Shown here: positions 9,896 to 21,000 of the stretch, piece by piece
Position numbering within the stretch: position 1 is the stretch's first letter
Layout of the letters: each line of letters opens with the position of its first letter
NCBI GenBank assembly: GCA_018608565.1
Contig: JABAZT010000028.1
Span: forward strand, 1,014-65,013
Source: Candidatus Altimarinota bacterium
Lineage (GTDB): Bacteria > Patescibacteriota > Gracilibacteria > UBA4473
Length of the DNA stretch: 64,000 nt
Direction: 5' to 3'
The notes under the pieces: model-generated
What the model was told of the DNA's origin: nothing
Database searches by the model: none
Seen by the model: the letters and a program-made list of their open reading frames with translations, nothing else
Made by a program: the position numbers and the translations under genes

Positions 9896-11082
9896 TGAAG
9901 AAGCTTCTTTCAAACCAAATCTCTCCCAACTTACTTTTATCAGATGCACTCTATCTCTGGGGACGACTTCCATTCATCTGGAGAAAGAAACAATTGGATT
10001 TTTCATCTGAGCTTCAAACCGAAAATTACCTTCTGACAAATTCGGCTAGAACGGCACTAGCGCTTATTATCCAACATATGAAAATTTCTAAGCATAAAAC
10101 GATTGGAATTCCTGCATTTTGTTGCTCGGTTATGGCGACGCCGTTTCTTACGGCTGGATATCAGATCCAATGGCTTGATACAGATAAAAACGGACTGATC
10201 GATCCATCTGAAGTAACGAAATATACTAATACCCTCGGAGCCGTCCTCATTCCTCATATATTTGGACAACTTGCACCCGTCTCTGAAATCGTAGACATCT
10301 GTAAATCTGCTGAAATTATAACGATCGAGGATTGCGCGCATCACATCCCTCCTTGTCAAAGGGTGCCTGGGGGGGATTTACTCACAGACTATCGTATATA
10401 TTCATTTGGACGAGAAAAAGTCCTCTCTTGCGTCTCTGGTGGTGCACTTGTATGGAACAACAAATCAATCTTAATTTCTCCCCTTGTTAAGGGGGAGGCA
10501 GAGGGGGTTTTGTCTAGACCAAAAACAACCTGGACTCTCGCTCATATGCTTCAACCCCTCATCTATTCACTCGCTCTTCCTTGGTGGTATCAAGGTGGGA
10601 AAATTATTCCGAGCGTTGCACAGAAACTCAAACTACTCCCAAAAGCCGTTACTCCATCTGAGAAAAAAGGAGTCGAAGATTTTCCACAATCTACGCTCCC
10701 CTACCCCCTCCAAAAACTCCTCAAACGGCAATGGAGAAAACATACAAAAACTTTTTCTCATAGACAAGAAATAGCAAAATCATGGAACGAAAAATTATCC
10801 AAAATTTATCCACAATCAGAAATAATAATTCCTCCAAATTCTCTGCGAGTAATTTTAAAACTCCCTAACCTCTCAAAGAAAGATGAGTTGATGCAATACT
10901 ACAAACAAAAAGGCCTGCTACTCAATGACTGGGATGGAGTGCCAATTAGTCCTCCTGGATTAAATTTAGAGAAATTTGGATACAGTCTTGGACAGTGCCC
11001 AAACGCAGAACAATACGCCCAATCACAGATTACATTTCCGACGAGTATGAGGGTTAAAGAGAAATATTTGAAGAAACTATAA
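9895..11082 (+). CDS. DegT/DnrJ/EryC1/StrS family PLP aminotransferase
   Basis: NSARTAL, IPAFCC, PHIFG, IEDCAH, YSFGREKVLSCVSGGAL, CPNAE; coupled to murF. Confidence 0.88.
   Translation: MKKLLSNQISPNLLLSDALYLWGRLPFIWRKKQLDFSSELQTENYLLTNSARTALALIIQHMKISKHKTIGIPAFCCSVMATPFLTAGYQIQWLDTDKNGLIDPSEVTKYTNTLGAVLIPHIFGQLAPVSEIVDICKSAEIITIEDCAHHIPPCQRVPGGDLLTDYRIYSFGREKVLSCVSGGALVWNNKSILISPLVKGEAEGVLSRPKTTWTLAHMLQPLIYSLALPWWYQGGKIIPSVAQKLKLLPKAVTPSEKKGVEDFPQSTLPYPLQKLLKRQWRKHTKTFSHRQEIAKSWNEKLSKIYPQSEIIIPPNSLRVILKLPNLSKKDELMQYYKQKGLLLNDWDGVPISPPGLNLEKFGYSLGQCPNAEQYAQSQITFPTSMRVKEKYLKKL
10345..10379 (+). repeat. REP-like palindromic element inserted in-frame in DegT gene (IPPCQRVPGGD)
   Basis: ATCCCTCCTTGTCAAAGGGTGCCTGGGGGGGATTT; resembles 10477 and 39873 copies. 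Confidence 0.55.
10477..10511 (+). repeat. REP-like palindromic element inserted in-frame in DegT gene (SPLVKGEAEGV)
   Basis: TCTCCCCTT-gtt-AAGGGGGAG-GCAGAGGGGGTTTT. Confidence 0.65.
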
Positions 11083-11745
11083 TTCTTTTACCATCAAGAG
11101 ACTTGGTGCTTTGTCTGGTGAGACACCCGTCACTATATCTAAAACTTTATACCCAGCACCTAGAAATAACTCTGCTGAATAAGATCCAGTCCATGCATGA
11201 GTATAAATAGTTGTATGTTTACTTTTTTTTGCTTGAATCTCCCAATGAGACAAAAGATGATTCCCACCCCCCTGAACCGAAGAGAAAACAAGCGGAATAT
11301 ATCCTGAATTATCAAGATCATGAATTTCAACTTCGGGAGAAAAATCCTCAACCTTATCAATAAAGTGTTCCAACATCGAGTAAGCAATAACCCCATTAAC
11401 ATGCCCTTCGGATTCTAGAGTAAGAGCGTTACTTGAACTACAAACTTGGAAAACTACTTCTGAAAAACCTTTCTGCATTGCATAAAGGGCATTTAATCGT
11501 GGCCCCCTTTTTTGAAACAAGTCATCTGACTTAGTAAGTATACTAAACTTATCAGACAACTCAGTAGTCCCTGACTCTCCATTAACTTTAATTTTTCTCA
11601 ATAGATCCTTCAAACGTTGATTTCTATTAAAATAGAGAGGAATTTCCTCCGGATTCCCCTCTCCACCAAAAAATTCTTCTATCTGTCTATTTAAACCATC
11701 TTTATCTCTTTCCTCATATGGTCTAATTTCAAAATTATATCCCAT
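11077..11745 (-). CDS. GNAT-like N-acetyltransferase (divergent)
   Basis: N-terminal FEIRPYEERD, VQGGGNHLL, AELFLGAGYK. Confidence 0.55.
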   Translation of the reverse strand: MGYNFEIRPYEERDKDGLNRQIEEFFGGEGNPEEIPLYFNRNQRLKDLLRKIKVNGESGTTELSDKFSILTKSDDLFQKRGPRLNALYAMQKGFSEVVFQVCSSSNALTLESEGHVNGVIAYSMLEHFIDKVEDFSPEVEIHDLDNSGYIPLVFSSVQGGGNHLLSHWEIQAKKSKHTTIYTHAWTGSYSAELFLGAGYKVLDIVTGVSPDKAPSLLMVKEL

Positions 11746-11791
11746 ACACCACTAATAACTCTCCTGCTCAAAAAGTCAATTAGCATTAGGC

Positions 11792-13129
11792 TTACTTACT
11801 AAACTCCTGATAAAATGCCTTTACGGTCTCAATCCCTTTGAAAAACCCATCCACACTCAAATGCTCATCTGGCGCATGAATTGCATCTGACTCAAGTCCA
11901 AACCCAAGTAATATGACCGGCAAACCTAATTCTTCTTCAAAATACGAAACAATTGGAATACTTCCCCCGGTTCTCACTGGAGAAGGAACTTTCCCATACC
12001 CAGACTCTATGGCTTTAGATGCTGCACGAAATCCAGGACTATCTAGATCTGTAACCCAAGGCTTACTCACACCACAATATCTCAAATTGTATTCCACCGA
12101 CTTTGGCATTTTTTGTTTTACATAATCATTGATCAAATTTTGTGTTCTAAATGGATCTTGTCCCTTTGCCAACCGAAAACTAAATTTAGCCTCTGCACTT
12201 GATGGAATAACGGTTTTCGTCCCCTCCTCCATATATCCCCCGACAATTCCATGCACATCAAATGATGGCCAATAGCCTGTTTTCTCCAAGAAACTGACTC
12301 TTGGATCTCCCAAGAAATCTATCTCCCCTATATCACTCCCAAATGCCTCAATATCAAATGGAATCTGTGATATCTGCACACTTTCCTGAAGACTCACCAT
12401 ATCCAGATCATCATAAAACCCTGGAATCAAAATCCGTCCGTCCTCTCCCTGCATTCCTCCTAAAAATTGATTTAGAATATTGAGTGGGTTTATAACCGCG
12501 CCCCCATAAACCCCTGAATGCATATCTCGCTTGGCCCCCTTTACCAGTAACTGGAAATAGGCGATTCCTCGCATCCCTACATCAATAGTTGGGTCTTCAT
12601 AGCTCAACATACCCGTATCGGATATCAAGCATATATCAGCACTCAGCATGTCCTTGTATTCATCACAGAAAATCTCCAAATTTCCAGCATAGGCTTCTTC
12701 TTCTCCCTCAATAACAAATTTCACATTACAGCACAGCGAGTTTTCCTCTATCATTTCCTCCACCGCCTTCATCTGGATAAAGGCCTGCCCCTTGTCATCA
12801 CTCGCTCCACGCGCATAAACCTTCCCATTTCGAATCTCAGGCTCAAAGGCTGGATTTGTCCATTCGTTTGCTGGATCTGCCGGCTGCACATCATAGTGCC
12901 CGTAGACAAGAATCGTTGGAAGTTTTGGATCAATTATTTTTTCGGCATATACGATAGGATTTCCAGCGGTTTTATAAGCTTTTACTTTATCTAACCCAAT
13001 TGAGTTAAAATATCCTTCCACCCAATCAGCACCAGCCACACAAGCTGAAAAATACTTTGGATCAGTGCTTATTGATGGAATAGCTAAAAATTCAAATAAT
13101 TGTTCGAGTGTTTTTTCTTTATTTTTCAT
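11792..13129 (-). CDS. M20 family dipeptidase
   Basis: FLAIPSISTDP, YGHYDVQP, YARGASDDKGQ, IEGEEE, DMHSG, GGSIP, IHAPDE. Confidence 0.93.
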   Translation of the reverse strand: MKNKEKTLEQLFEFLAIPSISTDPKYFSACVAGADWVEGYFNSIGLDKVKAYKTAGNPIVYAEKIIDPKLPTILVYGHYDVQPADPANEWTNPAFEPEIRNGKVYARGASDDKGQAFIQMKAVEEMIEENSLCCNVKFVIEGEEEAYAGNLEIFCDEYKDMLSADICLISDTGMLSYEDPTIDVGMRGIAYFQLLVKGAKRDMHSGVYGGAVINPLNILNQFLGGMQGEDGRILIPGFYDDLDMVSLQESVQISQIPFDIEAFGSDIGEIDFLGDPRVSFLEKTGYWPSFDVHGIVGGYMEEGTKTVIPSSAEAKFSFRLAKGQDPFRTQNLINDYVKQKMPKSVEYNLRYCGVSKPWVTDLDSPGFRAASKAIESGYGKVPSPVRTGGSIPIVSYFEEELGLPVILLGFGLESDAIHAPDEHLSVDGFFKGIETVKAFYQEFSK

Positions 13130-13166
13130 TGATTTGATTCTCCTCTCAAAATAAAGTTCGTCAATA

Positions 13167-13775
13167 CTAATCCAGAGTCAACTCTAACATCTGAGCTCCT
13201 TCAAATGAAGAAACATCTGAATATCTCCTCAATACAGAATCCCTAGAATCTCTATAGGTAACAGACTTAAATCCAATTTTTTTCATCAAGTCCGACGAAT
13301 AAGATCCCCCCCAGACGACTACGTATATTTTTTTTATTCCTCGATCTTTTGCGATTCCTATTCGCTCCATGGTCAATTTTGTTCCAATCCCACAACGATT
13401 ATACTCCTCTGCTGGATCCCTTATGGCAATTGTAAGAAACATGCTGGGAACTACTAAATCAACTCCATCCGCTCGATACCTTGACACCATTTCATCCTCC
13501 AAATCATCAAGGATATTAAATCCTGATACTCCTAAAAGCTCATCATTGAATGTTAAAACTAATCCTTCATCCGAGAAATTAGGACTTACAATCCTCGTTA
13601 CCTGCTCTACAAATGAAGTTTTTATAAATGCTAAATTTAATTCTGCTTGTTTTCGATCTACTCCATTATATATTGGAAACTTATCTGGATCATCAAATGT
13701 ATTATAAATAATGTCCAACAAGTCATCAAAATCTGTTTCTATTGGCGGTCTAATATCAACACTCATCAACGACAC
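13167..13775 (-). CDS. GNAT family N-acetyltransferase
   Basis: DIRPPIETD, YNRCGIGTKL (motif A), AKDRGIKKI, LMKKIGFK; start uncertain. Confidence 0.7.
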   Translation of the reverse strand: MSLMSVDIRPPIETDFDDLLDIIYNTFDDPDKFPIYNGVDRKQAELNLAFIKTSFVEQVTRIVSPNFSDEGLVLTFNDELLGVSGFNILDDLEDEMVSRYRADGVDLVVPSMFLTIAIRDPAEEYNRCGIGTKLTMERIGIAKDRGIKKIYVVVWGGSYSSDLMKKIGFKSVTYRDSRDSVLRRYSDVSSFEGAQMLELTLD

Positions 13776-13846
13776 AATAAAATATTACAGAATAATTGCA
13801 ATTATTTTGAATTCTGTTTTTGTACCCAATACATAAAGTGGGAACT

Positions 13847-14905
13847 ATGAAAGTAGAAATAAAACAAATCACCGCCTCAGAACTTCAAACTTTTTATAAA
13901 AATTTTGAAAACGAAAAAACTTTTCTTCAATCAGGAACTTATGGTCAGTGGCGAGAATCCATCGGTGAAACTATTTTTTACTATGGGGTTTTTGAGGATC
14001 AGAAACTAATCGGAACGGCGTTGTTTCAGAAAATAAAATCAAGGTTCAAAACCTATCTACATTGTCCTCATGGACCACTGATCGGACTACATAGACATAA
14101 CCCACAAGCCAAAGACACCATCTGGGAAATGTTCCTATCAGCCTATAAGAAACTAGGGAAAACTGAAAAATGTGACCTAATTCGGATATCTCCTATTCAA
14201 AGAGAAATACTGATTCAAAATCAAGATAAACCAATCATAAACCCGCTCAAGAAGACACTTCATAAATGCAGATTTACCCCAGCTGCAACACATCTAATAA
14301 ATCCTGAATTGACTTGGGTATTGGATATTGATCGTCCTCTAGAAGATGTTCTCAAGACGATGAAAAAATCAACAAGATACGAGATCAACCGAATTGAAAA
14401 ATGTGGCATAAAAGTTTCTCATGGAAATGCTGATACTGATCTCGATGTATTTTGGGAACTCCATAGCGAAACGGTAAAACGGCAGGGATTTGTTCCATTC
14501 CCTCGATCACAGACAGAAAAACAACTAAAAGCTTTTGGAGATAACTGTTTTATTTTCAATGCCGAAATTGAACAAAAAAATTACTCAAGCTCGATCATCA
14601 TATTTGACGACAATGCTGGATACTATCATCAAGGTGCTTCCACCTACTGCAAGCTCCCCTGCTCTCATGCAACACTTTGGGAAGCTATTAAATTTGCTCA
14701 GGAACGAGGATGCAAAGAATTTAATTTTTGGGGCGTTTCTCCTGAAGAAAATAAAAAACATCCGTGGCATGGACTCTCTAAGTTCAAACGAGGATTTGGT
14801 GGTGTCGAAAGAGAATATATCCACGTCCATGATTTTGAGATAACACCTAAGGCCAAACTTAATCGACTCATCGAATGGCATCGAAAGCGAAAACGGAAAT
14901 ATTAA
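13847..14905 (+). CDS. FemABX/MurM peptidoglycan bridge peptidyltransferase
   Basis: TFLQSGTYG, CPHGPL, MKKSTRYEI, YYHQGAS, FNFWGV, GLSKFKRGFGG; start at ATG 13847. Confidence 0.92.
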   Translation: MKVEIKQITASELQTFYKNFENEKTFLQSGTYGQWRESIGETIFYYGVFEDQKLIGTALFQKIKSRFKTYLHCPHGPLIGLHRHNPQAKDTIWEMFLSAYKKLGKTEKCDLIRISPIQREILIQNQDKPIINPLKKTLHKCRFTPAATHLINPELTWVLDIDRPLEDVLKTMKKSTRYEINRIEKCGIKVSHGNADTDLDVFWELHSETVKRQGFVPFPRSQTEKQLKAFGDNCFIFNAEIEQKNYSSSIIIFDDNAGYYHQGASTYCKLPCSHATLWEAIKFAQERGCKEFNFWGVSPEENKKHPWHGLSKFKRGFGGVEREYIHVHDFEITPKAKLNRLIEWHRKRKRKY

Positions 14906-15498
14906 AGATCCCTGCCCTCTATCCAGGTAGTTATCAAGTATGCTGCATACTCGGGTAAAAAACTAAGATCAGTTGATCTAGCCCAAACGTGACTTTCTGC
15001 AGGAGATTCATACGGACCAGCTACCCCCAAATCAATAAGTCGATCCCAAACCGCGACTGCATTCATTCTTTCTCCAGCCTCTGAAGGCTCTGTTTTAGTA
15101 ATAAACTTAGATTTTGGAAAACTCAGAAGAGGGTATACATACGTAGCGATCCCAACTCCAACACCACGAATTGCAGAATCTAATCCCACAGCTGAATCAA
15201 TCTCCAAATACCCAGACCTAAGTGGAAAAATATCCCATATCTTTCGTCTTCCATCACCGTCCTCCGAATCTAAAGGTCGAATAAATACAGAACCTTCATT
15301 ATCACTATTCGGCTCAATTTTTACCTGAGCCAGGCGCTCCACTCCAATAACCCGTTCTAAAAAAAATCCAATTGCTGCCACAAGTTCTTCATGTAGTTCC
15401 TCTTTTAACTCAAACTGTTCATTGGCTTTTACTCGAAATCCAGGATGATTATCCCAAAATACTTCAGCCAACTGTCTTCTTCCAAGTCTATCGCACAT
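14902..15498 (-). CDS. Hypothetical protein, possible GNAT-fold remnant
   Basis: AIRGVGVGIATYVY resembles acetyl-CoA binding motif A; AVAVWDRL. Confidence 0.5.
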   Translation of the reverse strand: MCDRLGRRQLAEVFWDNHPGFRVKANEQFELKEELHEELVAAIGFFLERVIGVERLAQVKIEPNSDNEGSVFIRPLDSEDGDGRRKIWDIFPLRSGYLEIDSAVGLDSAIRGVGVGIATYVYPLLSFPKSKFITKTEPSEAGERMNAVAVWDRLIDLGVAGPYESPAESHVWARSTDLSFLPEYAAYLITTWIEGRDL

Positions 15499-15599
15499 AA
15501 GTATAAAATAGCCACTAATTATGAATTGTAAAGTTTCATAAAAAACAAAAAAGACTAGGTTCTTAAATGCGTAACTGCTTAGATTCTAAATTATCCCCT

Positions 15600-15902
15600 A
15601 TGCCAAAAGTAACTATCAAAAACTCCCAAGGAGACGACCAAGGAACATTTACGGCTGATCCGACCCAATCGGTTGGAACTCACGCTCAAGAAGAAGGAAT
15701 CGCTATCCCCTTCTCTTGTGGTGTTGGAGCTTGTCGAACGTGTGTCGCTACGGTTAATACCGGAATGGAACATCTCGACCAAGAAGCCGTAGGCCCAAAA
15801 CATATCGAAACCGAAGACAATGAAATCCTCACTTGTATCTGTGGAGTCAAACCAGACGCCCCAAAAGGTTGTTGTATCGAAATACAAGCCGAGAATTTAT
15901 AG
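15600..15902 (+). CDS. 2Fe-2S ferredoxin
   Basis: GIAIPFSCGVGACRTC...LTC; start at ATG 15600. Confidence 0.92.
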   Translation: MPKVTIKNSQGDDQGTFTADPTQSVGTHAQEEGIAIPFSCGVGACRTCVATVNTGMEHLDQEAVGPKHIETEDNEILTCICGVKPDAPKGCCIEIQAENL

Positions 15903-15910
15903 TAATATTC

Positions 15911-17806
15911 TTAGGTCACAGTCCCTTCTGAATCCTTTTTGACCCAATGGGATTTTCCTTTTTTTGCTAAGGCTAATTCTGCAAGCTTCAACTGTCCAGG
16001 ACTAAAGTTTTCCTGGGCTTTTGATTGTGTAATCTTAATAGCTGCCGTAGTTCCCTTGTCTTTAAGCATATCCATACCACTCTCAAATACTTGTGAAGCG
16101 GCTGCCCATTTGAGTGCGCCTTCCCCTGCGGCTCGGACTATGCTTTTTTGGACATAGGTTTCCCCTATATCGGTGGCTCCTTTCTTGGCTTTTTTCTGAC
16201 TAAATCCAACTAACATTTGAGCTGCCTCTTTTTCTGTTAATTCCACCACCTCCGTCTTCGCTCCCTGTTTTATAGTGAGCTGCACGGTTCCGTCTTCTAG
16301 TGCTTTTTTGACGATAGTGGTTCCCTGAGTGGCGGCTTTTCCTGCTGATTTTGCAGCGGTACTGATTGCTTTTAGACTTGCTTGCTTTGCCACTCGTCTC
16401 ATGAGAAAGGCTGCCGCCATCTTCCACCCCCATCTTCCAGCAATTTTGATCGCCGTTGCAACCGCGACGGATAGCCCTCCAGTGATAAATCCTCCTGCAA
16501 TCCCTATAACCATAGGAATGTCTAGTGCGAGACTCACTCCTAGATCTGAGGCCTTAATCCAAAGAGGATCTCCGTTATTTTTTTTGAGCCGACGGAGAGC
16601 TCCGGGTGTCCCAAGAACAAAATCCTCTACTCCTGAATTGGCGATATTATCTTTGAGTCCGTCAAAATTTTTCTCTTCAATAAGTCCCCAAACGGCTTTT
16701 CGTCCAAGCTCCACAAAAGCAAACCTACCAGTTCTCCGAAGCTCCAACCCCTTGGCATGACCTGAACGCACTTGCTCACGAAATTGTGCCTGATATTTTG
16801 GACCTAATTCTTTAATCTCTTTTAAATGTTTTTGTACTTCTTGATTGAGATTTGCTATTTGTTTGGTCCCATCGCCTCCATTTGCAAATGCAGCAGCTAC
16901 ATTAGTCAGTTTTTTCCCCTCCATGGCCGTGTTTATACCTCTGACGGCGGATTGTAGTTTGGCTGCGTGTGCAGGATTATCTCGTATGAGATCTTCATAG
17001 GCTTGCTTACTTCGCTCTGCAGTTTGCTCTGCCTTATCTACATTTTCTCTGACAAATTCCTCTGTGTTTTCATAATGTTCGTGCACTTCCTCCGAAATCT
17101 CTGCCGTCTCTATGTATATCGCCACAGAGTTATGAAGATTTGGGTACTCAGCTAATAGATACGATCTAATCGCCCAAGCTTTTCCATATTCAAATAATCC
17201 TTCTTCCCCCTCTAGTATCTCCTCAACGGTATTAATTCGATAGTTTCCACTATCTGTTGGCTCTTCTTGGTAGTATTTGAGCGCTATTTCCTCAATACGA
17301 CCATGTATCGCTGATAATTCTACCTCTGCTCCTGCACCTTCATATTTTGATCCAATAAATGGGATCTTACTCATGTTTTTCCCTAGATTCATAATCTCGC
17401 TATAGGCCCGATATGCCTCATCTTCCATCGCCAGAATTTCATCGACTCGTTCGACTGCTTTTGGATTCTTTCGTAGGATACGCTTCATCTCACGAGCGGC
17501 ACGAGTGATACTATATTTTGGATTTTCCTTGATATGAAGGATTTGTTGATTTAGCTGAGCCACTGTTTTATTTCGTTCGCTCGCTGTTTCAATATGTTTG
17601 TTGGATCTTGTGGTTTGATGTGCCAGCATGTCCCCCACTCTCACATCGTTGGCAAGTGCCTCAAATGCTTCAATAATCTCAGCCCGTACTTCTTCTTTTT
17701 CTTCTGGAGTTTCTGCTGTCAATGCCGCAAGCTCCCCCTGAGCATCACCCAGAACATCTGTTCCATGAGTCAGTAGATTTTCGGCGGACTGAGTATTGAG
17801 TACCAT
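15911..17806 (-). CDS. Coiled-coil protein with hydrophobic hairpin; translocator/alpha-pore-former-like
   Basis: 631 aa, helical N-terminal region, then LALDIPMVIGIAGGFITGGLSVAVATAI and a basic amphipathic segment; function is inference. Confidence 0.6.
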   Translation of the reverse strand: MVLNTQSAENLLTHGTDVLGDAQGELAALTAETPEEKEEVRAEIIEAFEALANDVRVGDMLAHQTTRSNKHIETASERNKTVAQLNQQILHIKENPKYSITRAAREMKRILRKNPKAVERVDEILAMEDEAYRAYSEIMNLGKNMSKIPFIGSKYEGAGAEVELSAIHGRIEEIALKYYQEEPTDSGNYRINTVEEILEGEEGLFEYGKAWAIRSYLLAEYPNLHNSVAIYIETAEISEEVHEHYENTEEFVRENVDKAEQTAERSKQAYEDLIRDNPAHAAKLQSAVRGINTAMEGKKLTNVAAAFANGGDGTKQIANLNQEVQKHLKEIKELGPKYQAQFREQVRSGHAKGLELRRTGRFAFVELGRKAVWGLIEEKNFDGLKDNIANSGVEDFVLGTPGALRRLKKNNGDPLWIKASDLGVSLALDIPMVIGIAGGFITGGLSVAVATAIKIAGRWGWKMAAAFLMRRVAKQASLKAISTAAKSAGKAATQGTTIVKKALEDGTVQLTIKQGAKTEVVELTEKEAAQMLVGFSQKKAKKGATDIGETYVQKSIVRAAGEGALKWAAASQVFESGMDMLKDKGTTAAIKITQSKAQENFSPGQLKLAELALAKKGKSHWVKKDSEGTVT

Positions 17807-17816
17807 TTTGTTTTAT

Positions 17817-18014
17817 TTATTCAATATTGTTTAACTCTTCATCAAATTGCTTTTCGAAGACTTCGAATTCTCGTCTTTCGTGATGAGTAATTTTTTTGTT
17901 CAATCTTTTTACTTCTTCTTCCGTCTTAATTCGACCACCAAACATACCCCGCCTTCCGCTCCCTCGACGAGAGCTGGACCAAAATCCCGAACGGCGATTT
18001 CTTGATCGTGGCAT
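17817..18014 (-). CDS. Small protein, Arg/Gly/Ser-rich N-terminus and acidic helical C-terminus
   Basis: 65 aa; packed between the 1174-aa and 631-aa genes (2-nt and 10-nt gaps). Confidence 0.7.
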   Translation of the reverse strand: MPRSRNRRSGFWSSSRRGSGRRGMFGGRIKTEEEVKRLNKKITHHERREFEVFEKQFDEELNNIE

Positions 18015-18016
18015 AA

Positions 18017-21000
18017 CTAGGTGTTTATGTTTTTCATAAAGTCTTCTGGAGTAAGGCTCTGTTGTTCTGTTTTACCTTTTATCGTAGCTACGATTTTCTT
18101 ATCTTCCCACCGAACAATCGTAAACTTCTCTGCTATTATGGCTTCCCCGAGCTTATTTAGACTCGGTTGATTAAATACAAAACTGGACTTATTAGACACA
18201 GAGGTTAAGTCCTTAAATCCTTTTACCAGATCTCCTTCCGCCGTTAATAATTTGGCATCCTTCAATGTATCTACCCCTATCTCATCTTTTCTAATCCAGC
18301 CATCTGTATCTAGTTTTGTAATTGATGCTTCAACTTTGTTGTTAAATTTCAGTTCTTCTTCTGCTAAAAATCTCGATACATTGCTCATCTTTGTTTTTAA
18401 AGCTTCGAGTGTTGTAACTGGATTGGATATTGCGCCCTTCATCAGGTTAACTCCAACAAATTCTTTCGTGTCATCTGTTTTCTCTACTACTACATCTGTT
18501 ATTTTTTTTGTGCTAATCATATGTCCTAACCCTTTTATGTCAGGCTCTGACAATCCCCCGCCCTTCCAAAAAGAATCTTCAATTTTCAGTAATTTTTCAA
18601 ATACAGGATTTAAAGTCCCATCATCATTAGAAAGACCGTTTTCTTTAATTACTTTTGAATTAAGATCCCCTTCGAATTTATCACTAAATTCACTCAAATT
18701 CCCAGAAATTTCTAGAAGTAAGGCTTCCTCTACTTCTCTCTTTTGTGCCTCAACATCTAACTTCATTTCGTCCTTGAGCGCTTCTACTGTCTGATCCGTG
18801 ATCTTTCCTTCTATTTCATAGGACTTAGCAGTGGCACCTTCTCCTACCGTAAAGATCATAACCGTTTTTCCATCTTTTTCCTGTGAACTGATCTTATTGG
18901 TTTCCTTTAATAGCGTTGTAATTGTCTCAAGTGAGGTGGTTGGATCAATATTCGTCCGAACTTTTTCTTGTCCCAGAATCTGAGATTGAAATTCATTCAT
19001 CGCCTCTATTGTTCCAAAATTACTCGTTAAAAATGTTTGTCTTTTGGTCTGTAGTGCTTTTTGAGCGGTTTCAGCTGCCTCTGGTGAAACTGGAGCAGGC
19101 TCCGTGAATGCTGGTGGGGGCGTTACTCCTGGCGTCGTACCAGGAACTGGTGTGGGAGCCTGTACTGGACCTGTGCCTGGAACAGGAACCACTGTCTTTT
19201 CATAGTCTACCTCATTAAGAACAAACCCCGCCCAATCCCCTTTTTCCGCAATTTCTTTCGCCCTCACTATTCTATCATTCTTTTCCTTTTTCTCTGCTGC
19301 GCTGTCTTCCCTTACTTTTTTCTGTTCTTCACTTTCAGAAAGTCCATTTCCTTCTAAAAATAAATCTTTGGCTGACTTATCAGTTCCTGCCTCATCCCCA
19401 AGACTTATCCCCAATCCTTCTAGAAACTCAAGCAATGCATGAATCGCTCGTTCAAATTCAGCTCCATCGCCTTTTTGTAATTCTTCTTTTCGCTTTACTC
19501 CATCAAACCAATCATCCCATATCTCCGTTACATCAACTCTATTTGGATCAAATCCTGGACTTGCCGGATCTAAGGCTGGATCATCTGAATAGGTAGGAAC
19601 TGCCGCCTTTGTATCGATTAGATACTGAGAAAAGTCTTCCGCATACTCTCCTCCACGGAACGAGTATGCCCATTTTGGAATTCCATCCTCCATAGCCCTT
19701 CGATAGAGTAGTGCTTGTTTTAGTGCTGCAACTTCAGAACTTGGACTATCCATTCCTCCATGGCTTTCAATCTCATCATTGAGCTGTTTTTTTGTATATG
19801 ACTTATATTCATCCTTCACTTCGAGACGAGTATTCCCCATCATCTGAGTTTCTAGATTTTCTGAGTTTTTATCGAAATACTCAAGTGCCGCATTCTCGAT
19901 CATATCGCTGGCTTTTGTTTTAAGATCTGAGGTATCAAGATTTTGTAATACTTTTACCTGACTTGCATTCAACAGGGCACTCAACTGTGGTGGAAATGGC
20001 AGCGCTGCCTCTCCGCCCATTATTCCTCCTAAAAAATCATCTAGTACTATTACATTAGGACCTGTTTTGGTCTTGTTTTGCTTCGCCTCATTTTTGGTTT
20101 TTTGATCTTTGGCTCTATTTTCATCGAGCCAGGCTTCGTATTCTGTTACCAAAGCTGTACCCAACCTTCCCGCTGCTAATTCTATTAAATCTGTTGATTC
20201 ATAAATCTCTGATCGAGTAAAACTAAACCCTGAAACTTGACCTAGATCAATAGATCCGCCTGATTCTTGTTCTTTTGACTCTGGTACTTGAGGGGCTGGC
20301 ATATGGCCACCCAAAATATCTGCTTGTGTATTTACTGGAATATCCGCAATATTGAAGATTCGTACTACATCCTCTGGGTCTAATAATCCAGATTCTATAT
20401 TTCCCTGCACGGTTTCCTTGATGGCACCAATATTTTCTGTTGTTGGCGTGGCTTTATACATAGTTAATAATCGCCCCAACTCTCTCTTCATGTCTGCTAT
20501 ATCTCTATCTACGGCTGTATTCAATCTCTCTGTAAAAGCCCTTCGCTCTGGCTCTTGTGCTCCTGGTGCAGGAATTACCTCTCCATATTCCCTTGCGACT
20601 ACGGCCAATTTCTGATTAAAAACTTCACTTAGTTTTGATATAACCTGTTCTCCATTTGTAATTGTCGAATCCACTTTAAGTGCTTCAACCCAGTCTTTTA
20701 TTATATCTTTTCCTCCAATCTTACTATAGAGAGCCTCACTTGGACCTAGTAGATTCCCTTTGTATTTAATCCCTCCCAAACTGTCTACTATATCTGTAGT
20801 AGGAATATCCGAATCATCTTGTGCGATAAGACGAATCCAGTCCATTTTTTTAATCTCATCTGATTCATTTTTATAGCTTTCTTCAAACTGACTCAGTCTC
20901 TCTGATTGTTTTTGATTGAGACCGTAGGATTCCTCACCTTCATTCTCTACCACAGCAGGATCTCCATCCACTGTAGTCGTATCTAGACCTAACTCTGAGG

